NCBI RefSeq assembly: GCF_018977255.1
Contig: NW_024704742.1
Location: forward strand, 31,560,001 to 31,624,000
DNA: 64,000 nucleotides
Source of the DNA: Callorhinchus milii
Lineage: Eukaryota
Direction of reading: 5' to 3'
Within the stretch, counting starts at the first letter, position 1. The number at the start of each line of letters is the position of its first letter. Below the pieces are notes generated by a model that saw only the letters and a list, made by a program, of their open reading frames with translations, was not told the DNA's origin and did not search any database. Below are positions 43,140 through 54,152 of the stretch, piece after piece. The position numbers and the translations under genes are program-made.

Positions 43140-43830
43140 AGGTGAGTGAGGCAGTGAATTGGGGAGGGTCTCTGGGATGGAATTTCAGAGAGTGTGGTCG
43201 GAGAGGCTGAAAGCCTGATTTCAATGGTGAGGCGGCAGATAGTGATAGGAACATAAAGCAGGCCAGTGCTTATTGAATGAAAGAAACAGTAAGATCCAGA
43301 GGGTTTGAGGAGGTCGCAGAGGTAAGTTGAGAGAAAGACAGTGGAGGGATTTAAGTGAGAGAATGAGGATCTTAACTCTGAGGGATGAGGAGCCAATAGA
43401 GCTGAGCGAGGATGGGGGTGATAGACTCATGGAGCCTGGTCCGGGAAAGGACACGGGCTGCAGTGTTCTGGATAGTCTGCAGCCTGTTCAGGGAAGAACT
43501 GCTGAGCCTGATAAGGAGTCAAGCCTGGATGTGATAATTGCTTGGACGAGGGTTGGCAAGCAATATTTGGGAGGTGGGCGAAATCTGAGTGGGTCAGAGC
43601 AAGTATGTGGTGTTTAAAGGACATTTGGGAGTTGAACAAGGCACCAAGGTTCCGCACTTGAACTTTTGAGCAAAAGCGAGGTGAAGTGTGCATCGATGCA
43701 GGTTGATACTGTCAGTGAGTGAACAAGAAGACACTGATGGGAGCCAAGTAGGAGAGCCTCTGTCTTGTCAAAATTCAACTGGAGAAAATTAGAGCTCATC
43801 CAGGACTTAATGTCTGGCAGGCAATTGAAG
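43140..43830 (-). mobile_element. L2 fragment (degenerate ORF2 C-terminus)
   Basis: Minus-strand ORFs read MSSNFLQLNFDKTEALLLG, VRNLGALFN, VKILILSLKSLH. Confidence 0.85.
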
Positions 43831-44597
43831 CTATGTCAAATGCAAGGATTATTCTATTATCATTATCAAATAATGCAAGGTTTATTAATCTCTGCTGGTG
43901 TTGTTGATGTTACCCACACGCTCTAGCAGGAAATCTCACCTGCAGATCTTTCTAATTTAGAAAGTATTGTTTACATGAAAGGCAACAGAAGGAAAAACTG
44001 TAGCCTGAGAAAGTTAGAATATGAAAAAAAGCATATATGATCCACAAAAGCAAAGAACACTCTGTTGGAGTATTATTCACTCAGGGTTTAGATTCTCTTT
44101 ACAGCTCTGAGATAGATACTGTGATAGACAATATATTACCTACTGGGATTGTAAACCCACAAAATAAGCCTTGCCCTCTGAGGTTTGAACTCAATTTTGA
44201 CACTGACGTGCTACCTACTGTACTAAATGTCAATTTTGTGCAGCAATTGTAACTGACATGAACTTGAAAATCTGTTGTTTATTTTTTCACAAGCAGGAAG
44301 CAAATTAATAATGATATAATAATAATATAATTATTATATATAATTATTATTATGCATAAATGATCTCCCTTGTCTGAAGAAGATGGAAAGTTCGACAAGA
44401 TGAGCCAGATAGGTGACAATCTACACGCTGTTGAGCTGTAGCCAAATTGCACCACTGAGCACTTTGCAACTGAACTGTTCTCGACTTGAATGCACTTGTG
44501 CTTTATTGATCTACAAACCATCTGCTGTCTTTTGCAATGAGAACCATTCCACACCATTAGCAAAACTGTTAAACAGCACTAAGACAGGCTTAGTGTA

Positions 44598-44689
44598 CCT
44601 TCGATAGCTCAGCTGGTAGAGCGGAGGACTGTAGTGGAGTATCCCATCAAGTCATCCTTAGGTCGCTGGTTCAATTCCGGCTCGAAGGA
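44598..44689 (+). tRNA. tRNA-Tyr(GTA), 19-nt intron 44635-44653
   Basis: CCTTCGATAGCTCAGCTGGTAGAGCGGAGGACTGTAG/ATCCTTAGGTCGCTGGTTCAATTCCGGCTCGAAGGA; T5 terminator at 44691. Confidence 0.97.
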
Positions 44690-45167
44690 ATTTTTGGATT
44701 ACTGTACAGCTTTTGGGGAAAAAACATTCAGAGAAAGTGGGGGATGGGGATTTGCGTTTGCTAAGCAAGACAGCAGTGACCTGTCCTGTGGGGAGAGGGA
44801 GACAGGGGCAAATGAAACTTTGCTCGTAATGTTATGGTCATTGATTACCATTTGTTCGTAACTGGAGGGAGTGAGTTGAGATGGATATCAAAAAGGGGAC
44901 AGTCTATAGACTTTTACTACAGATGGTTATTTGGACAAGGAAATTCCTACCAAAAAACAAGTAGAATTAGTAATGACTTTCAAAAGGGATCACATAAATA
45001 GTTGCTTAAGAAATATTGAAAAACATGTGCAGGAAAGTGGACAAAATGGATAATTCTTTCAGAGGATGAGCACAGTCATAATAGACTTCTTTAACTTCTT
45101 TTGGTTTATGATATTGTCACAACTCAAGATCTCCTTTGCTGGTACATTGCCATTCTCGCAGTTTAGG

Positions 45168-45232
45168 GCGGAATTAGCTCAAATAATAAAGTGCATGTTC
45201 AGCATGTAAGAGGTAGAGGGATTGATGTCTGC
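45168..45232 (+). pseudogene. Degenerate tRNA-Ala(AGC) relic, 3' end lost
   Basis: gcggaattagctcaaataataaagtgcatgttcagcatgtaagaggtagagggattgatgtctgc aligns collinearly to vertebrate GGGGAATTAGCTCAAATGGTAGAGCGCTCGCTTAGCATGCGAGAGGTAGCGGGATCGATGCCCGC, largely by transitions including CpG decay. Confidence 0.75.
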
Positions 45233-45583
45233 TAGAGCTTTTTAGCTCTGCACTAGAAAGTAAATTGTTGAATATTAAACAACAGGAGACCAAACTGCAG
45301 CTGGTATTAAGAAAATATTTCTGAACGTTCCAATGAATGTAATCAGACCCTCAGGGAAAATTCAGATCAATAATGTTTTGATTGGTGGTTTAGACATGTT
45401 ATCCTCCGAGCTCTTAGCAGTTGAGCCGTTCTCAGCTGGAATGCTCTTGTTTTTCTTGATCAACAAACTATCCGTCATCATTCAACAATCAGTACCAGTC
45501 CATGCCATTAACAAGTGTCCGCGCATGCATGCATGTATGTGTGTTGGGAGGGGGATGGTGGGTAGCATAGTGTGTAGTGTAGC

Positions 45584-45635
45584 ATAGCTCATCTGGAAGA
45601 GTGAAGGACTGTAGTGGAACATACCAATGGAGTCA
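45584..45635 (+). pseudogene. Truncated tRNA-Tyr relic (5' exon plus intron)
   Basis: atagctcatctggaagagtgaaggactgtag tggaacataccaatggagtc a; the 3' exon is missing. Confidence 0.75.
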
Positions 45636-45810
45636 CATCAGTAATTAGACATGTTGTTCATTGCACCATGAAGCTCTCCCTAAAAGAACCTTTCTCATCT
45701 GAAATGGTCTTGTGCATTTTGACCTACAAAGCAGCCACTGGCTTTCACAATTAGCAGGTGCCACACGTCAGCAACACTATGAAACAACATTGTTGTGGAG
45801 GTAGAGTGTG

Positions 45811-45903
45811 CCTTCGATAGCTCAGCTGGTAGAGCGGAGGACTGTAGTGGAGTTACACCATTGAGTCATCCTTAGGTCGCTGGTTCAATTCCGGCTCGAA
45901 GGA
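45811..45903 (+). tRNA. tRNA-Tyr(GTA), 20-nt intron 45848-45867
   Basis: Exons identical to the copy at 44598; T5 terminator at 45912. Confidence 0.97.
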
Positions 45904-46029
45904 GTGCCACATTTTTAAGGGGATGCACATCATTTAAAAAGAGATGAGCACATTGATTTAAGTTTCCAACACAACAGGAGTAACTCCTCATTTGTGGGGT
46001 GAGGGGGAGCACAGGGAGGGGCAATCATA

Positions 46030-46131
46030 TAGGGTGACAAAAAAGTTGTGATAAGTACCCTATTATCCAAAAAAAAATTCTTTAAGACTTATTAGACATT
46101 GCAATAGTATCACAACTTTTTGGTCACCCTG
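46030..46131. mobile_element. Tc1/mariner-type MITE (102 bp)
   Basis: TA|TAGGGTGACAAAAAAGTTGTGATA...TATCACAACTTTTTGGTCACCCTG|TA; 24-bp TIRs with 2 mismatches. Confidence 0.75.
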
Positions 46132-47189
46132 TACTTTATTTGTGGGACGATGTACTCTGATTACTGCACTACACCGCACAGTAAATTCTGAGATGGACTT
46201 TAAAACATTTTCCTGATGTGAAAGGTGTTATACCGAATACAAGGATTATTATTATTATGCTCCACAATTGTGGACGGTGAATGTGTGTATATAATAGCAA
46301 TAGTCAGGAGATGGCAGTGTTGGCTGCTTTCAGATTAGAATGTGTTTGATGCTAAAACTGGAAATGTTATAGGTAGTAACTATTCATTCAAGATGGGTAC
46401 AATTCCATATGTCTTTAGAGTTAATGGCAATGCTTTCTCCTTTATAAAAACATGATCTGAATTTTGCCAGTTATCTTAAGAAGCTGTTAAATTTAACAAT
46501 TAATACTCCTGATACCCAGTATCCACTTAGCAAGGACTTAAACCTGTGTTTGTTGGATATTTAACAACCAACTACAGTATTAACAGTAATAACAATCCCA
46601 GTTGGTGGTAGTGGGATCTCTTTGGAGCTGAGTTGGCCCAGCAATGGAATGTTAAATAAAATTAATCATCTGTGGTAGTTGTGGTAGTCAGGTTCCTGAG
46701 CCAGGCAGGACCGCAATACTCCAATATACCATTGATGACAGCCAGCCTGACTCATTAAAAGGATTTGGAGGGGCAGAACAGTCACTGGAGGCAGGGATTC
46801 TTGCCGCTCAGCTCTTGTGAGCTCTATTGGGTAGGGTGGTCCTAATGTTGATAAGCAGCATGAAACTTGCTCATCAATGTTTGAAATAGTAAGCCACATA
46901 AGTTTAGCTGGTTAAACTCCACCAATACCCCAACGCACACTCTGGGGTCCCCAAGTCTTGGCTCTTGCCAACATTCACGTACTACTTTCCAGGATTAAGT
47001 GAGCAGGAAGCAGACCTCGATGGAGAGTACACATTCATCCCAGACACATAGAAATATCCATACTTATGTGGAACTCCCAACAGTTGGGATTGGTTACTCT
47101 TAAGCACAGTGATGGGTTTCTGTGTATCAGACACCCGCTGACCAAAAAACATTCTTTAAATGTTTTTCTCCCCTGCTAAAAAAAAAGTG

Positions 47190-47282
47190 TCCTTCGAGCC
47201 GGAAATGAACCAGCGACCTAAGGATGCCTTTCGTTAATTGCTACACTACAGTCCTCCGCTCTACCAGCTGAGCTATCGAAGG
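47190..47282 (-). tRNA. tRNA-Tyr(GTA), 20-nt intron 47226-47245, with A58T variant
   Basis: Full cloverleaf; T-loop GGTTCATTTCC instead of GGTTCAATTCC; T9 terminator. Confidence 0.88.
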
Positions 47283-47429
47283 CACATGTTAAGACCTGTA
47301 TATAAAAGCAATATAATGCTTCTTTACAATCTTACTAATGGTGTAGAATGGAGCTGATTGTGTATGGTGGTGGATAGTTTGGAAATTAAGAAGCATAAGA
47401 GCATTTCAGCTGAGAAGATTTGAAACAGG

Positions 47430-47770
47430 GAGCCAGCGGAGCCTGGCAAGGTCTGGGGTGATAGGGGTGCGGAGCCTAGTACGGGTAAGGATACGGGCGG
47501 CAGAGTTTTGAATCATTTGGACCTTTTTAATAGTGGAGCTGGGGAGACTGGTGAGGAGGGCATTGGAAAGGTCAAGGTGGGAGGTAATGAAAGCATGATT
47601 GAGGGTTTCAGCAGGGTTTGAATTAAGAGAGGGGTGAAGGCGGGTGTTTTGGCGGAGATGGAGGAAGACACTGCTGGTCAGGTTCTGGATGTGGGGTAGG
47701 AAGGAGAAGTGGGATTCAAACCTGAGGCCAAGGTTGTGTACAGGTTCAATGAGTCTGAGAGATAGGCACG
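47430..47770 (-). mobile_element. L2 fragment
   Basis: Minus strand reads PVHNLGLRFE..FLPHIQNLTSSVFLHLRQN..ETLNHAFITS. Confidence 0.8.
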
Positions 47771-47902
47771 GAAGCTCTTAACCTTAGAGTTCAGAACTGC
47801 AGAACTGAATGTGTAATTTTAGCACACATACCAGTTTCACATTGCTGGGTGACAGTCATGCTTTGCAGTAAATAACAGAGCCTGAAGTGATTACTGTATA
47901 CT

Positions 47903-48392
47903 CCAGTCAGAAGGTTTGGGTTCAAGCCCCACATTAGGATTTGGAATCACACAGTATAAGCTGACACTTCAATGCAGTGCTGGGGGTTTGCTGTATTGTT
48001 TGAGTTATTGTCCTTTGGATAAGATGTTAAACTGAGGCCCCACCTAGCTGTTCGTGAATGGTAAAGATCTCACAGACTATTCAAGAGTTCCATTCACTTC
48101 ATGACTGTTTGTGACTTCATACAGCGCCTTGGGACGTCCTCCTGACGTGAAAGGCGCTTTATAAATGGAATCTTGTTGTTGTTGTTGTTTGTGGCTGTTC
48201 AGCACTTTGGGACGTTCTCCTGACGTGAAAGGCGCTCTATTAATGTAATTTTGTTGTTGTTGTTGTGGGATTTTTTCTTTGCTCAAATTGGCATCTGCAA
48301 AATACACAGTCACTGCACCTTAACTATAAAGCATGTTGAGATGTCTTTCCAATGTGAAGGGCGTTATACCGAACATAAGGATTATTAGAATT
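47903..48392 (+). mobile_element. Deu-domain SINE carrying two inserted L2 tails (about 48114-48264)
   Basis: agtcagaaggtttgggttcaagcccc..gctgacact..; body interrupted at gtttgtg. Confidence 0.7.
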
Positions 48393-48524
48393 ATATATTC
48401 ACTGGAACACTGATGAACATTTACTAATATTATTTCACCACCTTTTTCAGGCTGAGATTCTCCTCCTGTTGTTTTACACATAACAGTTGACAATGAACCC
48501 TCCTCGCACACCCCCCAAAAAAAC

Positions 48525-48613
48525 TCCTTCAAGTCAGAAATGAACCAGCAACCTAAGGATGACTCTTATATGTGTTCCATTGCAGTCCTCTCTACCAGCT
48601 GAGCTATTGAAAG
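48525..48613 (-). pseudogene. tRNA-Tyr-derived pseudogene (anticodon mutated to GCA, 3-nt deletion)
   Basis: Minus strand ctttcaatagctcagctggtagag---aggactgcaa/19-nt intron/atccttaggttgctggttcatttctgacttgaagga; multiple CpG transitions. Confidence 0.9.
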
Positions 48614-49057
48614 CACACAGAGTCTACATTGCAATGCATCTTTACAGTTTGGCTGGTGGTGTGGGATTGTACTGAATGGAATCATTTAGAATGATTTATT
48701 GACTTGGAATAATCCACAGACAAACAGTTCCAGTGGAGAATGCAGGGAATCATCGATCTTTCTGTCGCATGTTAAATGACCACATGACCAATGCATCTAT
48801 TTTGCCTGCTATGATTATGTTTAGCCAGCAGAGATTAAAAAAAACTTAAAATGTTTGTTGGTTATAGGAGATACTGTCAAGTACAGTGACAGTGTGCTTT
48901 GCGATCAACCTGGCAGTCAATGTCGCGTTGGGATGTCCTCCTGGCACTTATAAGACACTATATAAATAAATATAAGTTGTATTGTACAGTTTACACTGCA
49001 AAAACGGCCCACATGGTGGCAGTACAACTCTCCCAATAAGTGGAAGGTTCGCCATAA

Positions 49058-49290
49058 AACCATAGAAATTTACAGCACAGAAAAATGTCCATTTGGCCCA
49101 GAGTGCCTTTTAAGAGCAATCCTTTCAGTCCCATTTACCTGTTTTTCCCAATACCCCTGTAGTTTACTCCTTTTTTGGTAATTTTCTAGTTCTCTTTTGA
49201 AAGCCAATATGGATTCTGCCTCAACGATAGCTTCTGGCAGAGCATTCCATATCCTTCCTACTCTGTGCATGAAAACATTCTCCTAACCTC
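49058..49290 (-). mobile_element. CR1 LINE 3' end
   Basis: ORF 49070..49270 reads RVGRIWNALPEAIVEAESILAFKRELE. Confidence 0.85.
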
Positions 49291-50107
49291 TCTGTTTGCT
49301 CATTGTTATCTAGTCCAGTTCTCCACATCACAGGCATCTTTGACATTACTGAAGCAGAGACAAGTGTAACTGGTAATCATTGACCCCAAAGCGGCTTCCA
49401 AGTTATGCTTTTGTTTAATATTTGTATTCCAGGGTTGATCTGCAGAGGAGAGTTAAACTATAGACTGTCCCCAGCCAAACACTAACCTTTTACTGATTGA
49501 CCAGGAGGCCTGGAGGCAGATTTTGTGTGTTAAATGTACCATAGGCACTAAGGTCGGTGTAGGTGTCAGATCCACAAAGATCAGTATTGTTCAAAGAGCA
49601 GCATTTGCTCAAAGATTGTCAACATTTTCTTTAATACAATACAATTTTTCATTTGTACAGCGCCTTTCTCATTGGGAGGACGTCCTGAATGGTTGGGCAC
49701 CAAAATGTGGGTACATTGCCCTCCTCTCACTTGCACATACATATATACACACGTTACTCAATGGCAATATCTATGAAGCCAGACTTTTGACAATGGATTG
49801 TGGCTTTTGACTGCCAAGGGTATCAGCTACTCTTGAGTATTCCAATGCAATGCAAGGGGAGAGCTCAAACGAGACTTTAAACTGAGATCCTGTCTGCCTG
49901 TCCAGGTGGCTGTTAACAATCCGTGGAACTGTTCAGCAAGACCAAAGCTCTTCAGCTTGGCTCCCATCAGTGCTTTCTCATCGAAGAAACTGAAGGCAAC
50001 AACTACATGGATGCACAGTCCAGCTCACAGATTTTGTGTGGAACCTCAGTGTCTTGGAACATCCTCCCAACCTGAAAGGCACTATGTAAATGCAATTTGT
50101 TGTTGTT

Positions 50108-50780
50108 GTCTTGTTCAACTCTCAACTGTCCTTTAAACCCCACATCCTTGCTCTGATCTGCTCAGCTTTTCTCCACCTCTGTATCATTGCTCACCTCCGC
50201 CACTTCCTCTCCCTTCAGGCCATCAAAGCCCTAATCAACGCATTCATGTCCACGCTAGATTACGCCAATTCTGTGCTGTAAGACTGCCCACCTCTTCCCT
50301 CCACAAGTTGCAGACTATCCAGAACTCTGCAGCTCACGTCCTCTCCCACACTAGGAACAACAAATTGATCATCTCTACGCTTGCCTGGCTCCAGTGGCTC
50401 CCATTCCCCCAGCGAATCAAGTTCAAGATTCTCATCTTAACCTTTAAACCCTTCTACGGTCTCGCCTCATCTTACCTCTGCAACCTCCTCAAACCCTACA
50501 AACCAGCCACTCCCTCCACTCAGCATCTCCCGTCCTGCTCACCCCACCATGGGTGCTCAGGTTTCAGCATATCTGCCCTCACTCTCTGGAACTCCATCCA
50601 GAGTCTCTTCGATTCACTCCTTCCCTCACCTCCTTCAAGGTCTGTGTCAAGTCCTTCCACTTTCCCAGTGCTTTCAGGCATCTTTCCCTCTCAGCCCTCA
50701 CCCCCACTCTCAGCTTGGAAGGAAACCTGGACTGTCCGGCACCTTGGGAAGTCCTTCTGATGTGAAAGAATCCATACAAG
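50108..50780 (+). mobile_element. L2 fragment
   Basis: LSFKPHI..AFLHL..LDYANS, QTIQNSAAHVL..LQWLPFPQRIKFKILILTFK. Confidence 0.85.
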
Positions 50781-51153
50781 TATACATTTGTAATATAGTG
50801 TATTTGAAAATAGAAGGGAGATTCTCTCTTGGTGTCCAGGCCAAAAATTCCCCAAAGAAAATTGCCCACTCACTTCATGAACTTTGCTGGAGCGCTAATT
50901 AGCTCATGTGTTCACCCACCAAACACCCAGTCACTGCAATTTACAGTACATCCTGTGAACATTTTGGGATAAGCTCCAGACATGAAAGGCGTTATATCAA
51001 AAAAAGGATTGTTCGGATGATTATGTCTGCTGGAGCACCAATGAACATTTTCTGCTATTATTTCACCGTCTTTCTCAGTTTTTCCTATTGTTGATTTACA
51101 CATGCAATTGATATTGATTTTGTCTTGCGCTACTAGAAAAAAAAATGTGGCAG

Positions 51154-51244
51154 TCCTTCGAGCCGGAATTGAACCAGCGACCTAAGGATGACTTGATACG
51201 TGTTCCACTACAGTCCTCCGCTCTACCAGCTGAGCTATCGAAGA
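51154..51244 (-). tRNA. tRNA-Tyr(GTA), 18-nt intron 51190-51207, with C1T variant
   Basis: Otherwise identical exons; the 5' end reads TCTTCG; T-run terminator at 51137-51145. Confidence 0.92.
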
Positions 51245-51434
51245 CATAAAGAGTCTACACTGGAGTGCAGCTTTGCAGTTTTGCTAATAGGATGGGCTGG
51301 TGCTGAATGGAATAATTTCTAAACAGCACAATTGATATTGATTGAATGTTGCCCTACCATTTTGCTCAACAGTAATGTTTGTGACGTTCTGGCTCATGAC
51401 AATGGATCGTAAATTTTAATTGCCAGTTACTAGG

Positions 51435-51790
51435 GTATCAGCTATTCTGATTAATCCAATGTAGTGCTGGGGGAGCGTTGTATTGTTGGAGGTGCCATCC
51501 TTTGGATGACACACTAAATGGAGGCCCCATCTGCCTGTCCAGGTTACGTTAAAGATCCTATGGCACTATTTGAAAAGAGAAGGGAGTTCCTCCCAGTGTC
51601 CTGTCTACCAACCCCCAAATAAAATTGAACATTCACTCCACGCTGTTTGCGGGACATTGCTATGCACAAATTGGCAGCTGCGTTTGCCAACAAAATACAC
51701 AGTCCCTCCACTTTACAGTATATCTTATGAAGGGCCTTGAGGCATCCTCCTGACATGACAGGCAATAATATGAAATGAGTGAATTATTAC
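51435..51790 (+). mobile_element. Deu-domain SINE
   Basis: gtagtgctgggggagcgttgtattgttggaggtgccatcctttggatg..ggccccatctgcctgtccagg.. Confidence 0.7.
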
Positions 51791-52284
51791 CACATTAATT
51801 TGCTACCAGGCATGGAGAGCTCAGCCATTTGAGGAAGCTGATAATGAGCAGAGGTGAAGCACGTGCAGGTATTAATCTGCATTGGGTCAGTGCTTATGTC
51901 ATTTCACATGCATACTACTTCAGCCTCAGCACGCAGTGGATCTTCTGCAATTCCCCACAGCCACCTGACCTGCTGATATAATTAGCACTCAGCATTTAAA
52001 TATAATTATGTGGAAGGCTAACCCAATCCAAGGCACCTAGAGTTGGTCTTCAGGTGCTGAGTATTCAGGGTGAGGGGACAGAATGGTTCCTGAGTGATTG
52101 AGTACATGGACCTGCAGTGTCGAGGAAGCCAATCCCTGAAAGAAGAATACTGTGGGTTTGAGGTTCGATAAGTTTTCTGAAGTGTCCTTGATATAATTTT
52201 TGGGAGGAGGGGGATCAAGAGAAAACTTGGCAGAGACCTTTCCTCTAGCTGCACTGAGTTGGTGATCAGAGCAATAATAAATAA

Positions 52285-52722
52285 CAATTATTATGATTAT
52301 AATTATCCTTGCATTTGATGTAGTGCCTTACCACATCATTGGGACGTCTGAAAGCCCTAAACAGGATATACTGTAGAAGTTTGACTGTTTTGTTCTGTAT
52401 ATTTTGTGAGCGAAACACCACAGTCAGTATGCGCACAGCAATGTCCCACAAACAGCTATGGAGTGAGTGATAGATTTTATTTGGGGGTTTGTTGGCCAGG
52501 ACACCGGGAGAAACTCCCTTCTCTTTTTGAATAGTGTCATGGGGGTCTTTAACGTCTACCTGAACAGGTGTCCTCGGGATAATGTATCACCCAAAGCACC
52601 TCCAATAATGCAACACATTCTCAGCACTGCATTGACGTGTCAGCTCAGACTATGTGATTCAAATCCCAACGTGGGGTTTGAACCCACAACCTTCTGAGTC
52701 AAAGGCTACTACTGAGCCAGAC
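52285..52722 (-). mobile_element. Near full-length Deu-domain SINE
   Basis: Head ggggtttgaacccacaaccttctgagtc..actgagcc at right. Confidence 0.8.
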
Positions 52723-53074
52723 TCACACAAGATAAATGTGGAAGAGGAGTGGCTAGTATTACCAAAGAATTTCCTTGTGGAGTCTGGGTTGAGTCTGAGG
52801 AGTATTTTTCAATAGTCTGGTGATTTCTCATCCAGGTCATTATCCTGTGATGCTCTTTCGTTCATAAGCCTCATAAATCCTCTGCCTGATTAGCAATAAG
52901 GCACAGAGAAGGATTTGCCTTTTATGGCAAGCTTCATTGCATTTATGTTACGTATCCCTGGTCAAGTCCCCTCAAGCACATGTTCTCACTACTGTTCTGT
53001 GCGTCACGTTCCAGTGTAACATTTATGCTTCTATTTCAAACTTTTAAAGCAACAGGCTGTTTCCCTTTCCTGAA

Positions 53075-53630
53075 TCATAGAAATGTACGATACAATACAG
53101 CCTTTCAGCCTATTTGGCATGTTGGTGTTTGCTCCTCCTCAAGGCCATCCATCCTAATCTCAATTCTCTTCCCTGTATCCTCAGACACTCTTTCTCTGCT
53201 TGTGCTTGTCCAACTTTTTACTACATGCTCCTATCAATACTCTTCCAATAGCCATCCCTGGCAAATCATTCCACACCCGGACAAAGCCTTTAGGAGAAAT
53301 TCTTCCAAACCTCTCCTTTTATTCACCAGGTCAGTTCTTCAATTCCTGTCCTCTTATCCTGCAATCTCCTACCAGCAGAAAAAGGGTTTTCAAGATTAAT
53401 TTGCTCAAAGCTTTTCGCTCTCTGGTCCATCAAGAAGAGTCCTAATCTCTCGAACCTTTCCTCAAAGTTATATTATTTAGTCTCTGGTATCATCCACCTG
53501 AACCTATGTTAATATCCTTTCTATAATGTGACACCCAAAACAGCAAACAATATTCCAGTTGGAGATGAACCAATTACTTCTACAACGTGCTTACTTTTGT
53601 ATTCAATGGCTCTGTATATAAAGGCAGAAT
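53075..53630 (-). mobile_element. CR1 LINE 3' fragment (degenerate)
   Basis: gaatcatagaa.. terminus and CR1 ORF2 C-terminal remnants. Confidence 0.65.
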
Positions 53631-54152
53631 GATATCTTCGGCAAGTTCCTTACTCCATATGCCTCTGTTTACCTAGCAGTAAGTAGGAACTTTCCTATTA
53701 GTCGTTTGGCGGATCACTGTCTGGAGGTAATAATCCCTTCAAAAAATGTTTTAAAAATAATAAGAATAATCTGGTCACTCAATCTACGACTGTTTGTGGC
53801 ACACTGCTATGCACAATTGGCTGCGCCTTTCGCCCACAAAATACTGTCAATTCACTTTACAATATATTCTATGAAGCGCTCTGGTCCAGAATCCTGTGTG
53901 CCCTCTTAACGGGCTTTCTATCTGCAATCCCACTTTTAACAAACTAGATATTTGTATCCCAGGACCGCCCCTCTTCCTCCACTTCATTGCCAATGGATAA
54001 ATTAAAGAGATGGCTGTGTGGTTCAAGGGCTGTCTAAGTTCTCTCGTATATAAGACTGTATTCCAATTAGAATAATTGTAGAAAAAGTCCTAATTGACAC
54101 TAGGTAGCACCAGCCATCTCTTTAAAATATCTGTTATAAGCAGTTACTTATA

